DNA from: Bacillus marinisedimentorum
Lineage (GTDB): Bacteria; Bacillota; Bacilli; Bacillales; Bacillaceae_O
DNA: 32,000 bases
NCBI RefSeq assembly: GCF_001644195.2
Contig: NZ_LWBL02000039.1
Span: 38,309 to 70,308, forward strand
Direction: 5' to 3'
The translations under genes were made by a program, and so were the position numbers. The notes beneath the pieces are model-generated. The model was not told where the DNA came from and did no database searches. It worked only from the letters and a program-made list of their open reading frames with translations. This document shows positions 8,856 through 17,506 of the stretch, one piece after another (positions within the stretch are counted from its first letter, which is position 1; each line of letters begins with the position of its first letter).

Positions 8856-9548
8856 TCATACGTATCCTTTTTCTTTCAAACTAATGAATTTTTGATCTCC
8901 GATAATCAAATGATCAAGTACTTCAATGCCAATGATTCTGCCGCATTCGACAAGGCGTTTCGTAACTTCAATGTCTTCGCGGCTCGGCGCCGGATCCCCG
9001 CTCGGGTGGTTATGGATGCAGATGATCGAAGCAGCCGATCTCCGGAAGGCCTCTTTGAAAACCTCTCGCGGATGAACAATGGACGCATTCAAACTTCCTA
9101 TGAATACAGTCTGCCGGTGCAGCACCTGGTTCTTTGTGTTCAAATACAAACAGACAAAATGTTCCTGCGTCAAAAAACGCATATCATCCATCACAAACCT
9201 GGCACCATCTTCAGGGGACCTTACTGCATATCGGTCATTGTACTGGAGGCGGCCAATCCTGCGGCCGATTTCCACTGCTGCAAGAATTTGGACCGCTTTC
9301 GCTTCACCGATTCCGTTGATTCCCGTCAGTTCTTCCACAGAAGCATTTTTCAGCATGCGGAGTCCTTCGAAATGCCGGATAAGGCTCCCGGCAAGTTCCA
9401 TGACCGACGTATCTTTAGTCCCCGAACGAAGCAGGATGGCCAGCAACTCCGTGTTCGACAGGCCGGAAGCTCCTTCTGAGAGCATCCGTTCCCGCGGGCG
9501 CTCCGTATCAGGATAATCCCTTATCATAAGGGCAGGATTTGTCGCCAA
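8856..9548 (-). CDS. radC: RadC-family JAMM protein
   Basis: N-terminal HhH region (ERPRERM, ELLAILLRSG) and a C-terminal JAMM motif HNHPSGDPAPSREDIEVT. TTG start at 9546-9548 with an AAAGGAG RBS. Confidence 0.92.
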   Translation of the reverse strand: MATNPALMIRDYPDTERPRERMLSEGASGLSNTELLAILLRSGTKDTSVMELAGSLIRHFEGLRMLKNASVEELTGINGIGEAKAVQILAAVEIGRRIGRLQYNDRYAVRSPEDGARFVMDDMRFLTQEHFVCLYLNTKNQVLHRQTVFIGSLNASIVHPREVFKEAFRRSAASIICIHNHPSGDPAPSREDIEVTKRLVECGRIIGIEVLDHLIIGDQKFISLKEKGYV

Positions 9549-9608
9549 TCAACATTCTCCTTTCAAGGGGCGGCAAAGGAGAAAGAACAAGGGTGAAAAA
9601 GCCCCTCG

Positions 9609-10178
9609 TCAATTTTTAAAAAAGCCGAGTGCGGACAGTTCCCGGACTGTCCTTGAAACAGGAAGCCCGACAACACTGAAATAATCGCCGCTGATTTCTT
9701 TCACAAACAGCGCGCCGAGACCCTGTATGCCATAGGCACCAGCTTTATCATACGGCTCGCCGCTTGCCAGATAAGATTCTATTTCTTCTTCGGTAAGATT
9801 CCAAAAACGGACATCGGTTGATGAATAAAATGTTTTCTCTGCTTGCGGAGTTACCAGGGCCACGCCTGTATATACAGTGTGTACACGGCCGGACAGAGTC
9901 TTTAACATTTCGCGCGCCGCCATATCGTCTTCCGGCTTGCCCAATATTTCCCCATCAAGCGCCACCACTGTATCCGCCCCGAGTACAAACCCTTCAGGAT
10001 AGCTTTTTGCAACATCTGCAGCTTTTTGCAGTGCAAGCGACATGACGATGTCATGCACTTCTTTTGTTTCATCCATTCTCTCTTCAATTGTGCTCGGCAC
10101 AACCTCAAAGGAAATCCCTGCGTTTTCAAGCAGTTCTTTCCTCCTTGGAGAACCGGATGCCAGAATCAATCGCTTCAT
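9609..10178 (-). CDS. maf: Maf-like nucleoside triphosphate pyrophosphatase (septum formation protein Maf)
   Basis: LILASGSPRRKELL, GADTVV and DKAGAYGIQG motifs. I prefer the ATG at 10176-10178 (RBS AAGGGTGGA) because it aligns with the B. subtilis Maf N-terminus. The ORF-track start at 10241 adds 21 unsupported residues. Confidence 0.92.
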   Translation of the reverse strand: MKRLILASGSPRRKELLENAGISFEVVPSTIEERMDETKEVHDIVMSLALQKAADVAKSYPEGFVLGADTVVALDGEILGKPEDDMAAREMLKTLSGRVHTVYTGVALVTPQAEKTFYSSTDVRFWNLTEEEIESYLASGEPYDKAGAYGIQGLGALFVKEISGDYFSVVGLPVSRTVRELSALGFFKN

Positions 10179-10247
10179 CCTGTTATCCACCCTTTTATCC
10201 AAAATCTTCATTATTTCAGTGACTATAGCATAGCAAAGCAAGCCACT

Positions 10248-10254
10248 TTCGACA
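10248..10254 (-). promoter_or_regulatory. Candidate Spo0A box, proximal, upstream of maf
   Basis: The minus strand reads taTTTGTCGAAag, 70 nt upstream of the maf ATG. It overlaps the -35 position of a possible promoter (TTGTCG, 17 nt, TATGCT; TATAGT follows). Confidence 0.4.
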
Positions 10255-10288
10255 AATATTAATATGTAAAATGCACAGCTCTATACAT

Positions 10289-10295
10289 TTCGACA
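10289..10295 (-). promoter_or_regulatory. Candidate Spo0A box, distal, upstream of maf
   Basis: The minus strand reads tcTTTGTCGAAat. It lies 41 bp from the proximal box in the same orientation. Confidence 0.4.
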
Positions 10296-10370
10296 AAGAC
10301 AGTGATTTTCTGTCTGATGTCCCAGTCCCATTTTAAAAGATGTTTTTCCCTTTTCCCAGTCCCTTTCCCT

Positions 10371-10406
10371 AAAAAACAGAAAAAGAACCGAGAATTTTTC
10401 CGGTCC
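10371..10406 (-). terminator. Intrinsic terminator after the spoIIB-like gene
   Basis: On the minus strand, GGACCG-gaaaaattct-CGGTTC is followed by TTTTTCTGTTTTTT, starting 6 nt after the stop codon. Confidence 0.6.
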
Positions 10407-10411
10407 TTTTA

Positions 10412-11386
10412 TCATAAACGCTGTTCAGCTGTCCATCCCTTATATATTACGAGCCCGTCCAGCAATGCCTGCTGGGCATCCCAGAGGTTGCGATCCTTGC
10501 CGGCCGATGCCCATTTATTATATGAAGCATAAGCCGCATTCAGCTTCACGCCGAAAGCTTTTGCAGTTTTGTCAATTTGCTCAAGGTTTGCCCATTCTTC
10601 ATACGCTTTTTCAAGGCTGTCATTCCCCGCGCCTGGTTTTGTATTTCCGGCAAGTGCAGATCCGGTTAAGGACACCAGTTTTTCATGGACGGATAAACCT
10701 GTTTCGTAGTATTGTTTCAGTTTTTTTTCGGAAACGGGCTGCTCGTCCACCGAAAAAGCTTTCGTATACACATCCTGGCCAGTCTGTTTATACGTTTCAG
10801 CGATCTCCTGGATATCTTCTCCTTCCGCGATTCCGATAAAAAGGAATGCTTTGTCGCCGGCCGGCATCACAACCGCTGGATACCCTTTTTCATGTAGGTT
10901 TTTTTCGAATTCAGCTGCGGTATCCTCTGTCGAGAAAGCCCCTCCCTGGATGACCTGTGCGCTGTAGGCCGGAATCACATCGCCCCCGGCACCTGCATCC
11001 TGCACTTCTTCGCCGCCTTCCCCGGCCGCTTTCAGTTCAACGGGCAAATCATTGCGGACGAGCAATGAAAGAATCATTATTCCGAGAAGTGTTCCAATCA
11101 CGATGGCCCCAGCCAGCGGCAGAAGCCATCGATTCAATCCATTTCCTTTGGAGCGGCTGCTACCCGCTTTCCTGTGCGGAAGGTGAATGAGTTTAGCCGG
11201 CTTACGGCGTGGTATCGGTGATCTAGACGGGCGCCGGGCGGAAGTTTTTTTCGTTGCCCTCGGGATTCGCGGAGAACTGGAAGGCTCGCGGGATGCGGCC
11301 AATTCTTCCTGTTCATCGTCAAGCCTCATCTTATGGATTTTCCCATTGTAAATGATTGTGATTTCACGGCGGTCCTGCTTGTCCAT
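10412..11386 (-). CDS. spoIIB: SPOR-domain membrane protein at the SpoIIB position
   Basis: Basic N-terminal tail, one TM segment (WLLPLAGAIVIGTLLGIMILSLL) and a SPOR-like segment (YSAQVIQGGAFSTEDTAAEFEKNLHEKGYPAVVMPAGDKAFLFIGIA). It sits between the comC/pilD-side genes and maf, as spoIIB does in B. subtilis. I prefer the ATG at 11384-11386 (RBS GGAGTGAG) to the ORF-track start at 11437. Confidence 0.7.
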   Translation of the reverse strand: MDKQDRREITIIYNGKIHKMRLDDEQEELAASREPSSSPRIPRATKKTSARRPSRSPIPRRKPAKLIHLPHRKAGSSRSKGNGLNRWLLPLAGAIVIGTLLGIMILSLLVRNDLPVELKAAGEGGEEVQDAGAGGDVIPAYSAQVIQGGAFSTEDTAAEFEKNLHEKGYPAVVMPAGDKAFLFIGIAEGEDIQEIAETYKQTGQDVYTKAFSVDEQPVSEKKLKQYYETGLSVHEKLVSLTGSALAGNTKPGAGNDSLEKAYEEWANLEQIDKTAKAFGVKLNAAYASYNKWASAGKDRNLWDAQQALLDGLVIYKGWTAEQRL

Positions 11387-11434
11387 GCTGCTCACTCCAA
11401 TCCTATTACTGACCTTCACCGTAACAAATTCACA

Positions 11435-11467
11435 CAAAAAAAGAACAAGACATTTGTCGCCTTGTCC
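11435..11467 (-). terminator. Intrinsic terminator ending the pil operon
   Basis: On the minus strand, GGACAAG-gcgacaaatgt-CTTGTTC is followed by TTTTTTTG, about 35 nt after the pilO-LysM stop. Confidence 0.7.
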
Positions 11468-11502
11468 TAAAAACCTTCCGCCAAATTTCGAAAGAAGTTT
11501 AA

Positions 11503-12444
11503 TCAGTAAACAGGAATTTTGAGTTTTTGCCCGGCATGCACGTTATCACCATTGAGGTTGTTATAATTGCGGATGACCGTTTCCCCGCTTCTGCTGTTAA
11601 AATACTTCATTGAGATGGAATATAGTGTTTCACCGCTTAAAACGGTGTGAGTCATGATCGTAGACCGGGCCGCCGTATCGTCCCCGGATGATTCGGATTG
11701 TACTGAATCTTCCACGGAAGCTGTGTCCCGATCCCCTTCCTCTGAACCGGATGTTTCATTGAAAAACGCCCCTGAAACGAGGGGGTTTTCTTTATAAGCC
11801 GGCTGCGGTGCATGAAATGCCGGGCCGAATTCAAACTTTCCGGCTAAAGAAGGATAGTAATAGTTCCGCAGTTTCACTGAAAAAGCGAGTGGATTCTGTC
11901 TTTCACTTAAAGCTGTTCTCTCCGGGTTGCCGGTAAACGAAAAGGAAACAATCTGATAATGCCGTTTTTGTTTTTCAAAAGTTTTCAAAAAATCTTCTAG
12001 AGCATAGTAATCTTCAGCCTCTACCTCAAGTACTGTATCCATAGGAATCAAGCCTTCCGGTTTCGGATGCTCTTCCGTGACCCCTGCCGCGGAAGCCTTT
12101 TTTTCGGCACCTTCTTCAGGACCGGCAAAATCAGCTTTTAACAGGAGGCTTCCCGAAACAGTTTCCGCACGTTCAATGTCGAGAATGACCTGCTCCTGAA
12201 AAAGCTTCACGGGTATTTTTTGCTGAAGATCCACCGCTGCGCTCTCACCGCCGCCGGTTTTCACTCTAGTTTCCTCGAGAGCTGCCAGCAGTTTCTGCTC
12301 CGTTTCAAGTTCGTTTTCAAGCCGGGTAAGTTCTCCCCCATGCGGACGGATATAAAAGAAATATAAGGCCATAAGGAGCATGAAGACCATGAATGCAGCT
12401 CCGCCGATGATCATCCATTCTTTTCTATCAAGCTTATTGATCAT
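11503..12444 (-). CDS. pilO: PilO-like T4P alignment protein fused to a C-terminal LysM domain
   Basis: N-terminal TM plus coiled coil (GELTRLENELETEQKLLAALE) in the PilO position, with a 4 nt overlap onto pilN. The C-terminal HTVLSGETLYSISMKYF...NYNNLNGDNVHAGQKLKIPVY is a canonical LysM motif. Confidence 0.75.
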   Translation of the reverse strand: MINKLDRKEWMIIGGAAFMVFMLLMALYFFYIRPHGGELTRLENELETEQKLLAALEETRVKTGGGESAAVDLQQKIPVKLFQEQVILDIERAETVSGSLLLKADFAGPEEGAEKKASAAGVTEEHPKPEGLIPMDTVLEVEAEDYYALEDFLKTFEKQKRHYQIVSFSFTGNPERTALSERQNPLAFSVKLRNYYYPSLAGKFEFGPAFHAPQPAYKENPLVSGAFFNETSGSEEGDRDTASVEDSVQSESSGDDTAARSTIMTHTVLSGETLYSISMKYFNSRSGETVIRNYNNLNGDNVHAGQKLKIPVY

Positions 12445-13031
12445 GGCTGTTCCCCCTCCAGTGCCGCCTGCTGAATCTCAAGTGTATTCAGAAGAAGTTT
12501 ATATTCGCCGAGGTAACGCGGCAGTCCGGAATCAGGTTCTTCTTCCAGTTTGAGTGATGCAAGCGTCAGCAATTCAGCGCTCATCACATAGCTGGATCCC
12601 TTTAATCGATTAAGGAAATAAGCCGATTCCCTGTTCGTATCAAACTGGGCAATCAATGTTACCGAATGGGTTTCTTCCTTATAATCGAATTTCATCAGAT
12701 AACCCCGCTCTGGAAGGAGGCTGGTAATATGCTCAAGAAAGAAAACGGTTGGCAGGCGGCTTGATTCAGCCCAGCCGACGGCTTCCTGGAGCATTGCCGC
12801 CGAACTTGCCGATCCGCCGCTGGCGGCATGTTTCTCAGCTTCCAGCCTCAGGTTCCTTACATCTTCGACACGCTCTCTGACCGCCTCTTTTTCCGCTTTT
12901 ACCGACTGAATTTGCCAGAGCATTATGGAAAGCACTCCTGTAAAAACAAGGGCAACAACGGCTGATGCCGCCAAAAAAGCATATGATTTCCTCTCTTTTT
13001 TTGGAAGCAGATTAATGTCGGCAAGCATCAC
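12441..13031 (-). CDS. pilN: PilN-like T4P assembly protein
   Basis: N-terminal INLLPKKER motif followed by a single TM segment, typical of PilN. Overlaps both pilM and pilO by 4 nt. Confidence 0.8.
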   Translation of the reverse strand: MMLADINLLPKKERKSYAFLAASAVVALVFTGVLSIMLWQIQSVKAEKEAVRERVEDVRNLRLEAEKHAASGGSASSAAMLQEAVGWAESSRLPTVFFLEHITSLLPERGYLMKFDYKEETHSVTLIAQFDTNRESAYFLNRLKGSSYVMSAELLTLASLKLEEEPDSGLPRYLGEYKLLLNTLEIQQAALEGEQP

Positions 13032-14026
13032 AGCACCTCTTTCAGCGCAAGGCCTGCAGCTGTGTAGAACGATGAGGGAAGGATGTCATCAGCACCTTCG
13101 GCTTGAACATTGTGCTGATTGATACGGAATACCGGCAATTCAAACCGTTCAGCAAGCCTCATTTCGATAAAAGACAGTTCCGGGTGATCACCATTCAGCA
13201 AAATAGCGGTAACCCCTTCCCTGCCCTGGTTAAGACTGTACCTGTAAAAGTTGATGATCCGTTCAACTTCAGTTGCCGCATCCTCCAGCTGGCCGAACAA
13301 TTCCTCAGGTGCTCCGCCCCACTTGATTTCCTGCAAGCCCTGGCGATTATTGGTGAACTCCCATTCCGTCCCGTCCATATCCATTTTCAGATGCCTCATA
13401 AAAACCGGCCTGTCCTTATGGAATACACTCACATTCATCATATCCAAGTCAGCCTGTACAAGCAGCAGATGGTCGTCCGGTTTTGTCTGTCCGGCTGCAT
13501 GGAAAAGCCGGTAGATCGATAACGGTGAAATATCAGCAGCAACAGGACGAAGCCTGGCTTCTTCCAGTAATTCGGCATACTGCCTTACGACCGGTTCCGG
13601 TGCAGCAAACAATAGAATGATTTTCTCATCCCCCTCTTTACCGGTCAGGATGAAATCAAAGACTGGATCTTCAAATGGCAGGTGAATGCTGGCACCGAGT
13701 TCCATGAAAAGGTGGCCTTTAATTTCATCATCGGCAAGCGAACCCGGTATTTTAATTTGCCGGATGACAATATAAGGATCAGGCACAAGAAATCGGACAG
13801 GCCTTCCTTTTATTCCCCAGTCAGCCGCACACTCATCCAAAATAAGGCCAAGAGTTTCAGCATCCTGAATCACGCCGTTAAGAATGACGCCGTGAGGAAG
13901 CGTCCTTTCCTTGTGCGACTTGATGGTCAGCGGATCTTTTTGTTTGAGCTCAAGCAGCCGGATTGTATAGTCCTTGATGATCAGGTTGACCGGCTTGTTT
14001 TTCGCAAGTAATCCAGAAAAAAGCAT
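13028..14026 (-). CDS. pilM: PilM, actin-like T4P assembly ATPase
   Basis: 332 aa cytoplasmic protein with an FtsA/actin-like two-lobe pattern, immediately upstream of pilN. GGGGGGA RBS. Confidence 0.8.
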   Translation of the reverse strand: MLFSGLLAKNKPVNLIIKDYTIRLLELKQKDPLTIKSHKERTLPHGVILNGVIQDAETLGLILDECAADWGIKGRPVRFLVPDPYIVIRQIKIPGSLADDEIKGHLFMELGASIHLPFEDPVFDFILTGKEGDEKIILLFAAPEPVVRQYAELLEEARLRPVAADISPLSIYRLFHAAGQTKPDDHLLLVQADLDMMNVSVFHKDRPVFMRHLKMDMDGTEWEFTNNRQGLQEIKWGGAPEELFGQLEDAATEVERIINFYRYSLNQGREGVTAILLNGDHPELSFIEMRLAERFELPVFRINQHNVQAEGADDILPSSFYTAAGLALKEVL

Positions 14027-14047
14027 GGAGATCCCCCCGATTAATCG

Positions 14048-14800
14048 TCAATAAAAGTTAAAGTACCAGGTTAACAGCCTTTCGCCGAAAAAATAGGCGG
14101 TCAACGTTCCCAATCCAATAAATGGGCCAAACGGAATCGGCTTTTTCCGTTCAAGCTTGCCCGCCAGCAGGCCGAGGATGCCAAACAGCGCGCCATAAAA
14201 AGTAGAGAAAAAGAATGCGAGCATAACTCCCTTCACACCCAGCACAAGGCCGAGCACCCCGAAAAGCTTTACATCACCGCCGCCCATGCCCCCTTTTGAA
14301 AGGACGGCAACCGCATATAAAAGTGCGAATCCGGCTGCCCCGCCTGTAAAGGGGGCATACCAGGGCTCAAGCGGAAAGAACATCCGCAAAAGAATGAACA
14401 GGCCTCCAAAAAACAGCAAAACCTTATTAGGAATAATCATATATGTGAAATCCGAAACAAATACGATGATAACCAGTGAAATAAGCGGCAGTGCAACAAA
14501 CAGTTCACCTGTCCAGCCGACAAAAAGCGGTGCAGCGGCAAACAGTGCCGCGGTAAGCAGCTCCGTTGCCGGATACAGCGGTGAAACCCGGGTGCCGCAG
14601 TGCCGGCATTTCCCATGCTGGCGAAGATAAGACACCACCGGGATGAGGTCTGCCGCTGTCAGGGTTGTGCCGCATTCACCGCATGCCGACCTCGGCTTGA
14701 TGATGGAACGGCCTGCCGGGATGCGGAGGCCGACAACGTTGTAGAAGGAGCCGAGGATGAGGCCAATCAAAAAAATGTAGGTGTAAAATAGTAAATTCAT
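14048..14800 (-). CDS. pilD: Prepilin peptidase / N-methyltransferase (A24 family; positional equivalent of B. subtilis comC)
   Basis: N-terminal CGECG...CRHCG zinc-binding pairs and a polytopic membrane body. GGGDVKL and an earlier VSDFTYMIIPN supply the two catalytic Asp motifs. Confidence 0.93.
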   Translation of the reverse strand: MNLLFYTYIFLIGLILGSFYNVVGLRIPAGRSIIKPRSACGECGTTLTAADLIPVVSYLRQHGKCRHCGTRVSPLYPATELLTAALFAAAPLFVGWTGELFVALPLISLVIIVFVSDFTYMIIPNKVLLFFGGLFILLRMFFPLEPWYAPFTGGAAGFALLYAVAVLSKGGMGGGDVKLFGVLGLVLGVKGVMLAFFFSTFYGALFGILGLLAGKLERKKPIPFGPFIGLGTLTAYFFGERLLTWYFNFY

Positions 14801-14814
14801 TATTTTAAGCTATT

Positions 14815-15201
14815 TTACTTTACAGGCTCAGCTTCAATTAACTCAGTTTCAGTAGCGTCAGAATTTGATTGTGTTTTTATTAAAGAAACAGCTTCATGAT
14901 CAGAAATTGAAAATACTCCACCAGAGTATTTTACTGTGAAAGTGTCATCTTTCGCTTTATCTAAGTAATCTTCTAATTTATTAAAGTCCCATTCGTTTAC
15001 AGTTGGATCTGAGGCGTGTGCCAACTTAGCTGCATTTATAATTTGAATTGCGTCTGCTACTGTTGCATCATTCTCCGTCTTATCAATGATCTTCCCGACA
15101 CTAGGAACCGCAATCGCCGAAATAATCCCCAAAATCACAATGACAGCCAGCAGTTCAACGAGTGTAAAACCTTTCTCATTCTTCCTCAATTTTTTCAACA
15201 T
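14815..15201 (-). CDS. pilA: Major type IV pilin
   Basis: MLKKLRKNEKG|FTLVELLAVIVILGIISAIAVP shows a class III signal peptide, a G|F cleavage site, Glu at +5 and a hydrophobic alpha1 helix. The C-terminal domain is very AT-rich. Confidence 0.9.
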   Translation of the reverse strand: MLKKLRKNEKGFTLVELLAVIVILGIISAIAVPSVGKIIDKTENDATVADAIQIINAAKLAHASDPTVNEWDFNKLEDYLDKAKDDTFTVKYSGGVFSISDHEAVSLIKTQSNSDATETELIEAEPVK

Positions 15202-15249
15202 CTCGCAACACTCCCTCTTCGTTTTGTAGTAATTTATATAAAAGCGCCA

Positions 15250-16458
15250 CTACCCAATCTGATTGAAAATATCGAACATCGGCACGATGATGGCAAGCAC
15301 GATGATACCAACCAGGGCAGCGAGGATGACAATCATCAACGGTTCTATAACAGCTTTAAGCCGGTCGGTTGCCGTTTCGACTTCCGCTTCATAAAAGTCA
15401 GCCACTTTGGCGAGCATTGCATCCAGTGATCCGGTTTCTTCACCGATTGCGATCATTTGCGTGACAAGCGGCGGGAATACCCAGTGCTCTTTCATCGGAG
15501 CAGCAAGCGATTGGCCGGATTCCAGTGATTCACGTCCGCGATTGAGAACGCGGGCGATCACTTCATTCCCGACTACGCGTTCCACAATCGACAGCGCCTG
15601 CAGGATCGGCACCGAGCTGGCAAAGAGCGAGCTGAGTGTCCTTGCCATACGGGCCAGGGCTGCCTTTTGCAGCATCTTGCCGAAAATCGGCATCTTAAGG
15701 ACGGCATAATCAAGGTAATACTTCATTTCTTTATCACGCCTGATGAAATGGATTGCCGCATATGCGAGCACAAATAACAGAACGAAAAGCCACCAGAATC
15801 GCTGCATGAACATACTGGCATTCAGAACCACCTGTGTAATCGCCGGCAGCTCGGCGCCAAATCCAGCAAACATATCCACAAAAACGGGGACGATTGCAAT
15901 GAGCAGGAAAACGACCACGGCAACGGCCAGAGTTCCGACGACAGCCGGATAGGTAAGCGCTGAAATGACTTTCTGACGGATACGGTGCATTTTTTCAAAG
16001 TGATCAGCCAGCTGTTCCAGCGTTTCATCCATGTTGCCGCCTGCTTCTCCAGCCCGCATCATGTTAAAGAACAGGGGCGGAAAGACTTTAGGGTGCTTGC
16101 TGCAGGCTGCAGAAAGCGGATTGCCTTCCCGAAGCTCATCCTCTATATGTATGAGCGCTTTTTTAAGCGTCTTGCTCTCTGTCTGCTCGGAAAGGATCCT
16201 GGTCGCATTCACCACCGTAACTCCAGCTTTCAGAAGTGTTGAAAACTGGCGCAGGAAGATGACAAAGTCGCGGAGTTTCACCTGCCTCCCGACCGTTATT
16301 TCCTTATTCCAGATCGTTTCCGGCACCTGGCTGATTTCAAGGACGGCGATATTTTTTTCCCGGAGTTTCAAAACAGCTTCACGCCGGGTATCTGCCTCGA
16401 TTTTGCCTTTTCTTTTTTTTCCTGATTTCTCGCGCCCCTCGAACCGGAAATAGCCCAT
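15250..16458 (-). CDS. pilC: T4P platform protein PilC (GspF family)
   Basis: 402 aa with a duplicated GspF-type domain, three TM segments and GEE/AGE motifs (MMRAGEAGGNMD, MIAIGEETGSLD). Confidence 0.93.
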   Translation of the reverse strand: MGYFRFEGREKSGKKRKGKIEADTRREAVLKLREKNIAVLEISQVPETIWNKEITVGRQVKLRDFVIFLRQFSTLLKAGVTVVNATRILSEQTESKTLKKALIHIEDELREGNPLSAACSKHPKVFPPLFFNMMRAGEAGGNMDETLEQLADHFEKMHRIRQKVISALTYPAVVGTLAVAVVVFLLIAIVPVFVDMFAGFGAELPAITQVVLNASMFMQRFWWLFVLLFVLAYAAIHFIRRDKEMKYYLDYAVLKMPIFGKMLQKAALARMARTLSSLFASSVPILQALSIVERVVGNEVIARVLNRGRESLESGQSLAAPMKEHWVFPPLVTQMIAIGEETGSLDAMLAKVADFYEAEVETATDRLKAVIEPLMIVILAALVGIIVLAIIVPMFDIFNQIG

Positions 16459-16459
16459 G

Positions 16460-17497
16460 TCAATCCAGCTCCTCTACGAAAGGCAAAGCTGCTTCCCTGG
16501 TGATCATGCCGCTGTCCATCAGTTCTTTGACTGATGAGCCGAATGTATGCATCCCCGCAGTTCTGCTCGTCTGCATGACATTTTGGATTTGATGGATTTT
16601 TTCGTTGCGGATCAAGTTCGCTACAGCTGGTGTATTCGTCAAAATTTCAGTCGCTGCCCGCCTCCCTGAACCGTCACTTATCGCGAACAGGCGCTGGCTG
16701 ATGATGCCGACAAGCACGGAAGCAAGCTGAACCCTTATTTGCGCCTGCTGATTCGGCGGGAATACATCGATGATCCTGTCAATCGTTGCCGGTGCTCCTG
16801 ATGTATGTAATGTGCCAAGGACAAGATGACCTGTTTCCGCCGCCGTAATGGCAGTTGAAATCGTCTCCAGGTCCCTCATTTCACCGACGAGAATGACGTC
16901 AGGATCCTGTCTCAGGGCAGCACGAAGCCCGTTTGCAAACTTGTTTGTGTCAAAGCCTATTTCCCGCTGGTCGATAATGCAGCTCCCATGGCGGTGCAAA
17001 TATTCGATCGGGTCTTCAAGCGTGATGATGTGCTTGTTCGCTGTCTGGTTCAAATGATCGATCATCGCCGCCAGTGTCGTCGATTTGCCGCTTCCTGTCG
17101 GCCCTGTTACCAGAAGAAGCCCCTGCGGCTTTGACACCATCTCTTTCAGGACCGGCGGCATGTGGAGTTCCTCAATCGCCGGAATGGCTGTCGGCACAAT
17201 TCTTACCGCCATGCTGATGCAGGACCGCTGATAATACGCATTTATCCGAAACCGGGAAACGCCCGCAATACTGTAGGAAAAGTCAAATTCCCGCGCCTGT
17301 TGGAAATCGTCCCACTGGTGTTCCGGAATGGCAGCCCGCGCCATCGCTTCAGTATCTTCAGGCTGCAGCGATTCCTTGCCGTATTTTTTCAGCACGCCGT
17401 TTATCCGCATGATCGGCGGTACACCTATCGTCAGGTGCAAGTCGGATGCTTGCAATTCGTATGCTGCCCGAAGCAAATTGTTCAAACGCTGTTTCAT
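16460..17497 (-). CDS. pilT: Twitching-motility retraction ATPase PilT
   Basis: Walker A GPTGSGKSTT, Asp and His boxes, and a PilT-type AVANLIRNEKIHQI motif. About 345 aa with no N-terminal GspE_N domain. I prefer the ATG at 17495-17497 (RBS TAGGTGA) to the GTG at 17506. Confidence 0.92.
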   Translation of the reverse strand: MKQRLNNLLRAAYELQASDLHLTIGVPPIMRINGVLKKYGKESLQPEDTEAMARAAIPEHQWDDFQQAREFDFSYSIAGVSRFRINAYYQRSCISMAVRIVPTAIPAIEELHMPPVLKEMVSKPQGLLLVTGPTGSGKSTTLAAMIDHLNQTANKHIITLEDPIEYLHRHGSCIIDQREIGFDTNKFANGLRAALRQDPDVILVGEMRDLETISTAITAAETGHLVLGTLHTSGAPATIDRIIDVFPPNQQAQIRVQLASVLVGIISQRLFAISDGSGRRAATEILTNTPAVANLIRNEKIHQIQNVMQTSRTAGMHTFGSSVKELMDSGMITREAALPFVEELD

Positions 17498-17506
17498 TCT
17501 CTTCAC

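Noticed and set aside
8946-9460. TGTCGAA heptamers inside genes (about 8946, 9454, 12864, 18952, 23048, 24680 and 31687) as additional Spo0A sites.
   Set aside because: They occur at roughly the chance rate for a 7-mer in about 29 kb of coding DNA. None has the TTTGTCGAA extension shared by all four intergenic copies. They are most likely fortuitous.
15202-15249. Looked for a c-di-GMP riboswitch or another leader upstream of pilA and of the pil operons (also 20554-20641 and 21389-21516).
   Set aside because: The spacers are short (48-128 nt), AT-rich and lack GEMM-type conserved cores. Only promoter-like elements and the Spo0A box are present.
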